Shown piece after piece: positions 1 through 9,579 of a DNA stretch of 64,000 nt (its first letter is position 1; the number at the start of each line of letters is the position of its first letter). Under the pieces are notes generated by a model, which made no database searches, had not been told where the DNA came from, and saw only the letters and a program-made list of their open reading frames with translations. The position numbers and the translations under genes are program-made. Source of the stretch: an uncultured Ignavibacteriales bacterium (lineage in GTDB: Bacteria; Zixibacteria; MSB-5A5; GN15; FEB-12); NCBI GenBank assembly GCA_964397415.1, contig CAYNIJ010000016.1:5048-69047 (forward strand), given 5' to 3'.

Positions 1-125
1 CCTGTGTGGAGCAGGTGCAGCAGTTGACAATCAGGAAACCGCAACGCGTGGTCGCGGGAAAGTAGTCAGCAAGACAGAGGACCCACCGTGTACACTTCGT
101 CGCATACGGAGAACGGGCGCTTAGT

Positions 126-1073
126 ATGCTAAAGGAATTCGCCGACTATATCGTTTACCAGCTTCTGGGGCTGATGCCGGGGACCCACTTCGCCGACGCG
201 CTCGATTTCTTTATCTACGACACCATCAAGATACTCCTGTTATTGACAACCATCATCTTCGTGGTGGCGATCATCCGTTCCCACTTCACGGCGGAGCGAA
301 CGCGGCGACTGCTCTCGCACCGCGCCGCGTATGTCGGCAATATTCTGGCGGCGTTGCTCGGGATCGTCACGCCATTCTGCTCCTGCTCCGCGGTGCCGCT
401 GTTCATCGGATTTGTCGAGGCAGGTGTACCGCTCGGCGTGACCTTCTCGTTTCTTGTCTCCTCTCCAATGGTCAACGAAGTGGCGCTGATACTTCTGTTT
501 GGATTGTTTGGATGGAAAGTTGCGCTATTGTATGTCGTGACCGGCGTTACTATAGCCATCGTTTCAGGGATAGTCATCGGCAAGCTCCGGATGGAGCGCT
601 ATGTGCAGGACTATGTCTACAAAATGAAAGTTGGCGCGGGTGTTGACCAGAGCATGACCTGGTCCGAGCGCTTCGCGTACGCCAAGGAGTACACTCTTTC
701 GCTGCTCAAGAAGATCTGGCCGTACGTACTGATCGGAATAGGTATCGGCGGATTCATCCATGGATACGCACCGGAGGGATTCCTGTTGAAGTATGCCGGA
801 CCGGATAATCCGTTGGGAGTACCTGTCGCGGTGCTGATCGGCGTGCCGCTCTACAGTAACGCGGCCGGAGTGATCCCAATCGTGCAAGCATTGATGGAGA
901 AAGGGATGGCGATCGGGACGGTGCTCGCCTTCATGATGGCGGTGACGGCCCTGTCGCTTCCGGAAGCGATAATTCTCAAGAATGTTCTCAAGATGCGCCT
1001 GCTGCTCACGTTTTTTGGCATCGTGGCGGTGGCGATCATCTGTGTCGGATATCTGTTCAACGCAATTTTATGA
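126..1073 (+). CDS. Multi-pass membrane permease with CxC motif (YraQ/ArsP-like predicted permease family)
   Basis: 315-aa ORF, hydrophobic throughout, with motif TPFCSCSAVPLF. A small CxxC redox protein, the usual partner of this permease family, follows 25 nt later. Confidence 0.75.
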   Translation: MLKEFADYIVYQLLGLMPGTHFADALDFFIYDTIKILLLLTTIIFVVAIIRSHFTAERTRRLLSHRAAYVGNILAALLGIVTPFCSCSAVPLFIGFVEAGVPLGVTFSFLVSSPMVNEVALILLFGLFGWKVALLYVVTGVTIAIVSGIVIGKLRMERYVQDYVYKMKVGAGVDQSMTWSERFAYAKEYTLSLLKKIWPYVLIGIGIGGFIHGYAPEGFLLKYAGPDNPLGVPVAVLIGVPLYSNAAGVIPIVQALMEKGMAIGTVLAFMMAVTALSLPEAIILKNVLKMRLLLTFFGIVAVAIICVGYLFNAIL

Positions 1074-1098
1074 ATGTCACATGAAGTGAGGATATGGT

Positions 1099-1347
1099 AT
1101 GCACATCAAAGTACTTGGTCCGGGGTGCCCCCGATGCAAACAGCTTTTCAGCAACACGCAGGCCGCGGTGATGCGCGCGAACCTGGAAGCGGATGTCGAG
1201 AAGGTCGAGGATATTACCGCCATCATGGGCTACGGCGTGATGGCCACGCCCGCAATGGTGATCGATGACAAGCTGGTCTTTTCCGGTAAAGTGCCATCGG
1301 AGACAGAACTCGAGCAGATATTGATCCAAGCGGCGAAAGGGAAGTGA
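1099..1347 (+). CDS. Small thioredoxin-fold protein (redox-active disulfide protein 2 type)
   Basis: 82-aa ORF starting MHIKVLGPGCPRCK. It has a CPxC motif near the N-terminus and the typical size and layout of this family. Confidence 0.85.
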   Translation: MHIKVLGPGCPRCKQLFSNTQAAVMRANLEADVEKVEDITAIMGYGVMATPAMVIDDKLVFSGKVPSETELEQILIQAAKGK

Positions 1348-1348
1348 G

Positions 1349-1825
1349 ATGAATCGGAAATTGCAGATCATAGCGACAGTTGTTCTCTTTGTGGTAATGG
1401 CAGCGGTGGGGTCTCCACAAGCAGGCAATAGCACGCCTCCTTCGTCTGACAGCGCCAAATCTATGGAGCCGACCACAGCCAAAGGTCAACTTGTCGTGAC
1501 GTACTTTCATGGCAACGCCAGATGCGCGACCTGTCGCAAACTGGAAGGGTACGCGGTGGAGGTGATGGATTCGACATTTGGAGCATCGCTGAAGGACAGC
1601 TCTATCGTCTGGCGACTGGTGAACTACGACGAAACCGAAAACGAGCATTACCTAAAAGACTATTCGCTTTTCACCAAGTCCTTGATCCTCTCCTTCATGG
1701 TCGACGGCAAGGAGAAAGCCTGGAAAAACCTCGACAAGATATGGGAGCTGGTTGGCGATAAAGAGGAGTATCAGGCATATGTGAGGAACGAGATCAACAC
1801 GTTTCTCGCGGAGCAATCAAAGTAG
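1349..1825 (+). CDS. Secreted/anchored thioredoxin-like CxxC protein (family annotated in databases as ArsF-like)
   Basis: 158 aa with an N-terminal hydrophobic segment and motif VTYFHGNARCATCRKLE. It also carries ...KNLDKIWELVG..., as I recall for this family. The start is 1 nt after the previous stop. Confidence 0.7.
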   Translation: MNRKLQIIATVVLFVVMAAVGSPQAGNSTPPSSDSAKSMEPTTAKGQLVVTYFHGNARCATCRKLEGYAVEVMDSTFGASLKDSSIVWRLVNYDETENEHYLKDYSLFTKSLILSFMVDGKEKAWKNLDKIWELVGDKEEYQAYVRNEINTFLAEQSK

Positions 1826-2509
1826 ATGGATACGCTCGCGGCCGCGATAGGTTCCGCGTTCTGGCTAGGGCTGCTGACCTCGATATCCCCCTGTCCACTG
1901 GCGACGAATATTGTGGCGGTCTCGTATATCGGTAAGCGGATGGACTCTCCACGTCGGGTGCTGTTGACGGGGCTGGTCTTCACGCTCGGGCGAGTGGTGG
2001 CGTATGTTTCGTTGGCTATGATCCTCGTTTATAGCCTGCTGGCTCTGCCAGAAGTAGCAATGTTCCTCCAGCGGTATATGAATAAGGCGCTTGGCCCTTT
2101 GTTGATCATAGTGGGATTGATCCTGTTGGGGGTCGTGCGAATCCCATCATTTGGGATTACGGTTGGTGAAGGGGTGCAGAAGAGAGCGGATCGCCTTGGT
2201 ATCTGGGGTGCCGGCATGCTTGGATTGTTGTTCGCGCTGGCATTCTGTCCAATTTCTGCCGCGCTCTATTTCGGAAGTCTCATCCCTTTGGCCACCGAAA
2301 CGCGGCAACCGTTGATACTCCCTCTGGCGTATGGGTTGGGAACGGCCCTGCCGGTAGTGGCTTTCGCGTTTCTCCTGGCCGCGGGGGCAGGCTCCATCAA
2401 TGCCATCTACCAGCGAATGGTGACGGTTGAGAAGTGGGCGACGCGGGTCACCGCGGTTATCATGATTGGAGTGGGACTGTACTATATTTGGCTGTATTTG
2501 CTGAAGTAG
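1826..2509 (+). CDS. CcdA/DsbD-like transmembrane thiol-disulfide transporter (ArsG-like family)
   Basis: 227 aa, multi-TM, with motif LLTSISPCPLATNI (Cys-Pro in TM1) as in CcdA/DsbD. The ATG directly abuts the upstream stop. Confidence 0.75.
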   Translation: MDTLAAAIGSAFWLGLLTSISPCPLATNIVAVSYIGKRMDSPRRVLLTGLVFTLGRVVAYVSLAMILVYSLLALPEVAMFLQRYMNKALGPLLIIVGLILLGVVRIPSFGITVGEGVQKRADRLGIWGAGMLGLLFALAFCPISAALYFGSLIPLATETRQPLILPLAYGLGTALPVVAFAFLLAAGAGSINAIYQRMVTVEKWATRVTAVIMIGVGLYYIWLYLLK

Positions 2510-2569
2510 TGTCACAAAAGCGCGCGGTGTGATCTGCGCGCTGATAACCTGTGATCGCGCACCAAGCTC

Positions 2570-4432
2570 TCAATCGCTGTTGGATGCGGCCAGAAATTCC
2601 TCAATGCATTGTACCACCATGGGCGCGTGGAGAAGCTGCATATGAGGAATATCTTTACGAACGATCGATGCCTCGCTGAACTTCTTGCCGAGCACTTCCG
2701 TATCAAGGTGAAGGCGCAGAATCGCATCCAGCGGCTCCCATTCTTCCCTCAAGAAAACAAACCGGACATACGGTACACGTTCGACCGCCATCCGATACCA
2801 GTCGACAAACTGCTGATGTCCGCGCGCGACAAATGGCGCAACGATATCCGAGGCGTATCGTGACAGCGGGGCAAGATCCGTCTTGAACTTCTCAAGAACC
2901 TGCACCTGATAGGAACTCACCAGCAGCCAGTCACCCAAATTGCGGAGATCCTGGTGGGCCAAGCGCAGTGACTCCAATACCTCGGCACCGGTCTCTCCTT
3001 TCAGTTCGGAAAAGATCCTGGAATTATGGCATGTCTGGATGTTAACGTTCACTCCCAGGAGAAGCAGGCCGCCAATCTCGTCGCCCAATGTTGGATCATC
3101 ACTGAGCATATGCAGGAAATGATCAGAACCGGATGAGACGCCGACCAGATAGACCTTGCTCGCCCGGACTTTCGAGATCGCTTCGCGCATCAAGGCGCGA
3201 AGCAGAACTGATTGGTCCTTGAGGCTCAAGGGAAAGCGGTGTTGCGAGTGAAGACCAAAACCGTAGAGAGTCGGAGCAATGGCCCGGCATGGCAGTTGTG
3301 AGACAACATCGGATAGCGAACGCTGATCAAGCCCCATCCCGTGAAGGGCAACAACGAGAGTGTCGGAGAGCTGGCCATTATCGAGATAGGTCATTCGGTC
3401 GCCTATCATCTGGGGGGCACGGAAACTCAAGTTGCGTACCAGTTCAGCACTCAGTATGAACTCCCGCTCGACCGGTCCCACAGCCGGTCTGCCCGCACTA
3501 GTTCTATGTGTGTTGGCAGTATCAGCGGAAGCCGCCGCATTTGCAGTGGAGAACTCCAGCAGGTCCTCAAGGTCTATCCGAATGTCAGAAACGGCATGAT
3601 AACGTTTGTCGGGGTCCTTTCTCAGGCAGCGCCTGACGATTCTTACAAAATCCGAAGGCAGATCCGCCGATCGCAGTGCCTCTTCCTTTGGTTCATCTCG
3701 AAGAATGCCGGAGGCTCTTTCGGCGGAAGTTGCCCCGGTGAATGGATGTTCCCCTGTTGCCAACTCGTACAGAGTTACGCCCAGAGCGAAGACGTCTACA
3801 CGATGATCGGTGGCAAGGCCACGCAGTTGCTCCGGCGCCATATAGGCGATCGTACCCATCGGGTAGCCGGTTCGCGTAAGGTGGGAAATGGTCTCATCCT
3901 CGCTCGCGCTCGACGCCATTTGATTGATTGCCGCCAATCCAAAATCCAGGAGATAGACCCGTCGCGATGTGTCAACCATGATGTTGCCGGGCTTAAGATC
4001 ACGATGAATGATCCCCTGCGAATGCGCGGATTCAAGTCCACTACAGACGGCTATCATCAGCCTGAGCAGGCTGGCCGCGTCCAGACGGTGGGAACGGGCG
4101 TAATTGCCAAGAGTGTGACCATCCACATACTGCATGGCAATGAACGGTCGGTCGCCGGATTCGGACACCTCGTAGATTCTGATGATATTCGGGTGATCCA
4201 GCCGCGCAAGGGTTTGAGCTTCGCGTATGAAGCGCTTTCGGAATTCCGGCTCCTGACACTTAGCCAGCCGGAGCAGCTTGAGCGCGACCTGGCGGCCGAG
4301 TGATCTGTCGCGCGCCAGGTAGACATCTCCCATCCCGCCAGCCCCGAGATGGCCGACAATATCATACTGGGCGATCGCCGTTCCAGGCGGCAGAATAGAC
4401 GACTCATTGTCCGGTTGATTTAAGTGTCCCAT
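2570..4432 (-). CDS. Ser/Thr protein kinase fused to a C-terminal alpha/beta-hydrolase-like domain
   Basis: 620 aa. Hanks kinase motifs are GAGGMGDVYLA, VALK, HRDLKPGN, DFG and APE. The C-terminal half has LVVALHGMG and VYLVGVSSGSD (GxSxG-like nucleophile elbow). Confidence 0.85.
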   Translation of the reverse strand: MGHLNQPDNESSILPPGTAIAQYDIVGHLGAGGMGDVYLARDRSLGRQVALKLLRLAKCQEPEFRKRFIREAQTLARLDHPNIIRIYEVSESGDRPFIAMQYVDGHTLGNYARSHRLDAASLLRLMIAVCSGLESAHSQGIIHRDLKPGNIMVDTSRRVYLLDFGLAAINQMASSASEDETISHLTRTGYPMGTIAYMAPEQLRGLATDHRVDVFALGVTLYELATGEHPFTGATSAERASGILRDEPKEEALRSADLPSDFVRIVRRCLRKDPDKRYHAVSDIRIDLEDLLEFSTANAAASADTANTHRTSAGRPAVGPVEREFILSAELVRNLSFRAPQMIGDRMTYLDNGQLSDTLVVALHGMGLDQRSLSDVVSQLPCRAIAPTLYGFGLHSQHRFPLSLKDQSVLLRALMREAISKVRASKVYLVGVSSGSDHFLHMLSDDPTLGDEIGGLLLLGVNVNIQTCHNSRIFSELKGETGAEVLESLRLAHQDLRNLGDWLLVSSYQVQVLEKFKTDLAPLSRYASDIVAPFVARGHQQFVDWYRMAVERVPYVRFVFLREEWEPLDAILRLHLDTEVLGKKFSEASIVRKDIPHMQLLHAPMVVQCIEEFLAASNSD

Positions 4433-4596
4433 ATTAGTCCATGATTAAGGTACGACCAATATGAGGGAGCGAAGCCGATTTGGCAAGCACCATCGAACCG
4501 GCGCACACGTCCACCCATGAATAGAGCGGCCGGTGATCTTTATTGGATCTCCGGCCGAATATTGCGTACGCGCGAGTCAGTTCTTTGATCCAAGGC

Positions 4597-5646
4597 CTAC
4601 TCTGCCTTGAGTGACGCCATGTCGATAGTGAAGCGATATTTCACATCCGACCTGAGCATCCGTTCATACGCCTCGTTTATCTTCTGGATGGGAATGACCT
4701 CAACATCGGCCGTTATGTTATGCTTGCCGCAGAAATCGAGCATCTCCTGGGTTTCGGCAATGCCGCCGATGAGCGAGCCGGAGAAGCTTCGACGCTGCAG
4801 GATGAGCGGGAATGCCGCCACCGGAAGCGGTTTTTCCGGAGCGCCGACCAGTGTCAGGTTGCCGTCGCGCTTCAGTAAATTGAGATAAGCGTTCAAGTCA
4901 TGGTCCGCGGAGACGGTATCGAGAATAAAATCGAAGCTGCGGGCATGTTTCTGCATCTCATCGCTGTTGCGAGAGATGACCACCTCATCCGCGCCGAGGC
5001 GCCGTGCGTCTTCGGTCTTGCCGCTTGAAGTCGTAAAGACCACGACATGAGCTCCGAAGGCATGTGCGAACTTCACGCCCATGTGACCCAGACCACCAAG
5101 TCCGACCACGCCGACTTTCATCCCTTTGGAAACCTTCCAGTGGCGCAACGGCGAATAGGTTGTGATCCCGGCGCACAACAGCGGCGCGGCACCAGCGAGC
5201 TCAAGATTGGACGGGACGCGCAGGACGAAGTGCTCATCGACCACAATGCTGTCCGAATAGCCGCCGTATGTGACGGCACCAGTATGTTCATCCGGAGAGT
5301 TATAGGTCCCCTGCCAGTGAGCGCAATACTGCTCAAGTCCGGCTTGACACTCGGGGCATGTCCGGTCAGACCCGACCAGGCAGCCAACCGCGGCGATGTC
5401 TCCTACCTTGAATTTGGTCACATGCGAGCCTACCTTGGTGACGCGGCCGACTATTTCGTGGCCGGGCACACACGGGTATGTGGTCCCTCCCCATTCATTG
5501 CGAACCGTGTGGAGATCGGAATGGCAGACGCCGCAAAAGAGGATCTCTATCTGGATGTCGCGGTCGGTTGGATTGCGCCGCGGAATGGTGGTGCGGGCGA
5601 GATGCGAGGTGGCGCTGGACGCGCCATAGGCTTTGGCGTTGAACAT
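4597..5646 (-). CDS. Zn-dependent NAD(P) alcohol dehydrogenase (cinnamyl-ADH/YahK-like)
   Basis: 349 aa with GVCHSDLH, GHEIVGRV, the structural-Zn Cys cluster CPECQAGLEQYC, and a GLGGLGH Rossmann motif. Confidence 0.9.
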   Translation of the reverse strand: MFNAKAYGASSATSHLARTTIPRRNPTDRDIQIEILFCGVCHSDLHTVRNEWGGTTYPCVPGHEIVGRVTKVGSHVTKFKVGDIAAVGCLVGSDRTCPECQAGLEQYCAHWQGTYNSPDEHTGAVTYGGYSDSIVVDEHFVLRVPSNLELAGAAPLLCAGITTYSPLRHWKVSKGMKVGVVGLGGLGHMGVKFAHAFGAHVVVFTTSSGKTEDARRLGADEVVISRNSDEMQKHARSFDFILDTVSADHDLNAYLNLLKRDGNLTLVGAPEKPLPVAAFPLILQRRSFSGSLIGGIAETQEMLDFCGKHNITADVEVIPIQKINEAYERMLRSDVKYRFTIDMASLKAE

Positions 5647-5685
5647 TGGTTTACTCCCGGATTGTCTATTTTTGCACTCATTTTG

Positions 5686-8600
5686 TTACCACGCGAACTT
5701 GAAAACAAAGTCAAAACCGCTCGCTTTCGGGTCACCCTGCAGTAGCTGAAGCGCCAGATTGCGAGTCAGCTCATATTCCAAAGTGACGATCACCGGCGTG
5801 ACTTCGTCCTCCGACGGACTCCCCACCCCACGTTGATAGCTCATAAACAGGTCAGTCGTCAGATATTTGCCAAGCGTGATAGTCGCGCCTGCAAGACTCG
5901 AGGAGGCGTCAATTTCCACAACATCGAGCGCGAGGCTTTTGCCAAGTGTGGAGGCCAGTTGACCGGCGAGGACATTCGCCGCGACGCCTTTGGCCATATC
6001 GCCGGAACCTCCACCCGTTCCGGAGGCGGTCACTTCATCCATGCTTCGTCCAAATACAACGTAAGCGAGGGCGTCTCGTTCCGGGATATCTGACCCATCG
6101 AGCGAAAAGGTGACTTGCGGCGTGAACGCTTTGCCGGTGATGGTCGCGACGAGGGTGTGTTTTTCCCGCTCCGGCGAACGGAAGACATACTGCGCGATCA
6201 GGTTGAGATCAGGATTGTACTCGGCGCCGCCGGTGAAATTAAGCGTCCCTTCCTTGATGACAAACTCTTTGCCGTACATGATGTATTTCCCGCGTACGAC
6301 CGTGATCGGTCCGAACAGCTCAAAGTCCTCGGGGCTGTTCTTGACCATCCGGATATCACCGGAGATCTCAATATTCATCTCCGGGCTTTTCAACCAGGTG
6401 TTACGGGGAATGGTCAGCGCCATTTCGCCGCGCAGATTGCGGTAGTAATCGAATGACGCCATTACGTAAAGATCCGCGCTGTCAGTCACCTGGCCCGTTG
6501 AGTCACTGGTCGCACTATCGGGATAGAGCGCGGCCATCAGCAGTGGAGGAGATTCGAGCGTGCCGGAGGATTTAGTTGCCATCTCAGTCAGGAACGGAAC
6601 ATAGAATTTAGAACGATCGATCGTGATCTCTCCCCCGAATTTCGGCTCGGCGGTGCTCCCCTTTAGATTCGTATTACCGGATATCTGGATCTCGAAATTG
6701 CTGTGGCGGGCGAGGAAAATCTTGTCCGCGACCAGTGTGAAGTCTGTCGAGCGGAGAATGCCGGACATGAGAGTATTTTCGAATTCAAGCTGACCGGTGG
6801 CGCGCAGGAAGCCCTTGCCTCGGGCGACCAGCAGGGAGTCGAGAATGATCCGGTTGTCGTTGAACGAAAGCGCCATCGCCAGGTTGTCATATTCAACGCC
6901 GATCTCTTCCATGGCAAACGAAGCGTTGCTTATCGAGAGCGCGCCAGCCATGTCGGGTTGGTTCCAGGTGCCGCCCAATGTGATATCCGCATTGATAACG
7001 CCGCCGTTGATCTTCATCTCCTCGACCGCGCTACCCAACACCGCGAATGGCAGCTGCGACGCAGACAGTTTGATCTCCATCGGGGCATTCGGCAGCAAGA
7101 CATCTGAACTGTCAGTGAAAGAAAGATGCAGAGGGAAAAAGCCGCTCGTGATCAATTCACCGGTCAATCCTGGGTCAAGCATGCCGGTCCAGCTGAATCG
7201 TTCGTTGGTATATGTGTATTCCAATGCGAGAGAATCAAATGTGAATTTCTGCACCAGTCCATCTGACAAAACAGATCGTCCACCTAACTCAGGTTTGTCG
7301 GCGGTTCCGGTCAAATGAAGTGTGCCGGAGAGCAAACCGCCAAGCGCATACTCTGTCGCCATCAACTCAGCAATTGGCGCGAGGGAGATCTTGTCATAGC
7401 CAATTCTAAGATCCTGGTTTCCGGTCATGGAGAACCGGCCGTCAACCGTGAGTTTTTGTTCGTTGCCGGGGATGTCCGGCTGGCTAGCCAACGTGAATTG
7501 CTCGATATCGTACGCATCCTCGAGCAACCGCACCTTTGTCTCGGCAGAACCACCGGACCAATGTTGATTGAGATAATCAATATTCAGACTCCGCACTATA
7601 ACGGTAACAATGGAATCACTCGGAACATCGAATCTTCCGGTGACCGCGAGACCCTCCGGTGTGGCAAGGTGCAGTTCGCTCGTGATCAATTCGTCGGAAA
7701 GCGTCGCCTTACCCGACAGCGAATCTATCATGAAGCCGGACGCGTCAATCCGGCCAGCTCGGAGATCGATATTGCCAAGCACAATCGAATCGACAAGCGC
7801 CAGATCGAACCGTGAAGTGAGTGTTTGAAGCGATGTGGTCAGATAGCGGAGGCCGATTCCATTCGCGGTTCCCGCGAGTACGAACGAGTCTAACCTGCCG
7901 GTGAGTTTTCCAGCTGCCTCGATACTCCCTCCGAGGCTGTCGGTTCCAGCGAACGTGTGGAAGCGAGAGAGGTCCTCTATGTTGGCATTGAAATCAATGG
8001 CCGCCTGTTCGCCATCGCTGATCTCTCCCCCAGCGCTCAGCGTGACCAAATCAGAGTGCACTGAAAGCGTATCAATATTGATGAGTCCCGGCGAATAGCT
8101 GATGCGAGCCTGGCTCTGTGAGATTGCGACGTCATAGATGCGGCTTGTGGTCATGTCGAATGCAAGCGAGGCGGTCGCCGTACTCGTGTCAAACCCCTGA
8201 CCGCGCAGATCCATCGTCAAATTCAGATCCGATCTCAACGAATCATTGTCAAAGAGTGGCGCGAGGTCAAGCGAACGGAGATCGGCGGCAAGTGAGTACG
8301 ATTCATCGCCCAGGAGATCGGCCGACAGGGAGTCGAGTGCGATTGAACCGAAACTCGACTCGATGATTCCAGAGCCGGTAAGTTTGCCGTTCGCGAACAT
8401 CAGATCAAATGACGCTGTATCCAGGCGACGTTCCAGCACCATGCACTCGCTGAGGTTCGACGTAAGCGCAACCTGCATCTTCTCGGGCGTCAGGCCGTGG
8501 CCGCGGATTGCAAGTGCACCGTTGAGAATGTAGGCGAGCGAAGTGTCCCCAGTCCATCGCGCAATATCGATATTCGCAAGCGAGCCGTCGAGACTGTAGC

Positions 8601-9579
8601 CGACCGAATCAAGCGTCTCCTCACCCAGCAGATAGCTGAGCGGATAGGCGGCTATAGCAAGGTCGATCACCTCGTCTCCATCGGAGAGTTTGATGCCGCT
8701 GTAGAGGCTGTCTTTGATCAACCTGGAGGTGAGCGCAATCTCCGGCAGGACCGCGATCTTCATTTCGGGTATGATGGACGCAAACTCAGTGAAATCAAAT
8801 CGTTGGCTGGTCAATGTGCCAGAGGCGGTCACGCTATCGGCGCCAAGATAGTTGGCGGTCGCTCCGGCACGGTTGCGACTGGTCTCTATCAACAGGTCAC
8901 TGATAGTGAGAACATCGCGTGTGCGAGTGGCCTCGAAAGAAAGTCGCTCCAGTCGAAGCAGTGGTTCGGTCAGTTCCACCTGAAGTTCCGTAAGAGAGAA
9001 TTGCTGCAGAGTGTCAGTGTATTGAGCAGAGAATTGTACAATGATATCTCGGAGAGCGAGGTGCAACGAGGTGTCCAACGCGGCGATGGTCACGCTGGAG
9101 TTACGCAGCATAAAATCGTTAAGCAGAAGTGTGTAGCCGAATGGCTCGTCGTTTCCGACAGTGTCGATCACTTCTGATGAATCCACCTTCACCAGCCCAT
9201 CGATACTCCAGACGCTGTCAGGATACTGCCGAAGCGATAACGCCACGGTGTCTACAATTATCGAATCAACCAGCAGTTGACCATCCCAAAGCGGCGATAA
9301 CTGATAGCCTAGTTTGACCCGTTCGATCCTGACAACGGTGTCCTGCTCACGAGCGAGAGATACATCAGTCAGCTCCAGTTCGCCAAACAGGGAACCGGAG
9401 ATGCCGCCAACCGCAAGTCTGCCGTTAAGCATACCGTTGACTTTGTTCACGCCAAAATCGAGCAGGTAACGTTTCACCATGTCCGTCTGCAGTAAGAGCA
9501 GGGCGATCGCCACCAGGCAGATGATCACCAGCAGCGAATAGGTGAGGATGCGGGTCAACCGCTTGAGGAATCTGCCCAT
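5686..9579 (-). CDS. tamB: Translocation and assembly module protein TamB (AsmA-like, DUF490 C-terminus)
   Basis: 1297 aa with an N-terminal TM anchor, a long beta-rich body and a C-terminal end ...FVFKFAW. Its ATG shares 1 nt with the stop of the upstream Omp85 gene. Confidence 0.8.
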   Translation of the reverse strand: MGRFLKRLTRILTYSLLVIICLVAIALLLLQTDMVKRYLLDFGVNKVNGMLNGRLAVGGISGSLFGELELTDVSLAREQDTVVRIERVKLGYQLSPLWDGQLLVDSIIVDTVALSLRQYPDSVWSIDGLVKVDSSEVIDTVGNDEPFGYTLLLNDFMLRNSSVTIAALDTSLHLALRDIIVQFSAQYTDTLQQFSLTELQVELTEPLLRLERLSFEATRTRDVLTISDLLIETSRNRAGATANYLGADSVTASGTLTSQRFDFTEFASIIPEMKIAVLPEIALTSRLIKDSLYSGIKLSDGDEVIDLAIAAYPLSYLLGEETLDSVGYSLDGSLANIDIARWTGDTSLAYILNGALAIRGHGLTPEKMQVALTSNLSECMVLERRLDTASFDLMFANGKLTGSGIIESSFGSIALDSLSADLLGDESYSLAADLRSLDLAPLFDNDSLRSDLNLTMDLRGQGFDTSTATASLAFDMTTSRIYDVAISQSQARISYSPGLINIDTLSVHSDLVTLSAGGEISDGEQAAIDFNANIEDLSRFHTFAGTDSLGGSIEAAGKLTGRLDSFVLAGTANGIGLRYLTTSLQTLTSRFDLALVDSIVLGNIDLRAGRIDASGFMIDSLSGKATLSDELITSELHLATPEGLAVTGRFDVPSDSIVTVIVRSLNIDYLNQHWSGGSAETKVRLLEDAYDIEQFTLASQPDIPGNEQKLTVDGRFSMTGNQDLRIGYDKISLAPIAELMATEYALGGLLSGTLHLTGTADKPELGGRSVLSDGLVQKFTFDSLALEYTYTNERFSWTGMLDPGLTGELITSGFFPLHLSFTDSSDVLLPNAPMEIKLSASQLPFAVLGSAVEEMKINGGVINADITLGGTWNQPDMAGALSISNASFAMEEIGVEYDNLAMALSFNDNRIILDSLLVARGKGFLRATGQLEFENTLMSGILRSTDFTLVADKIFLARHSNFEIQISGNTNLKGSTAEPKFGGEITIDRSKFYVPFLTEMATKSSGTLESPPLLMAALYPDSATSDSTGQVTDSADLYVMASFDYYRNLRGEMALTIPRNTWLKSPEMNIEISGDIRMVKNSPEDFELFGPITVVRGKYIMYGKEFVIKEGTLNFTGGAEYNPDLNLIAQYVFRSPEREKHTLVATITGKAFTPQVTFSLDGSDIPERDALAYVVFGRSMDEVTASGTGGGSGDMAKGVAANVLAGQLASTLGKSLALDVVEIDASSSLAGATITLGKYLTTDLFMSYQRGVGSPSEDEVTPVIVTLEYELTRNLALQLLQGDPKASGFDFVFKFAW

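Noticed and set aside
1-65. Possible 3' end of an upstream plus-strand gene (frame ending in TAG at 63-65)
   Set aside because: Only 21 codons are visible (..CVEQVQQLTIRKPQRVVAGK*). That is too short to identify or even to be sure it is coding.
3341-4303. 320-aa plus-strand ORF
   Set aside because: It is antisense to the Ser/Thr kinase gene, which has complete Hanks motifs. The composition is low-complexity and Arg/Ser-rich.
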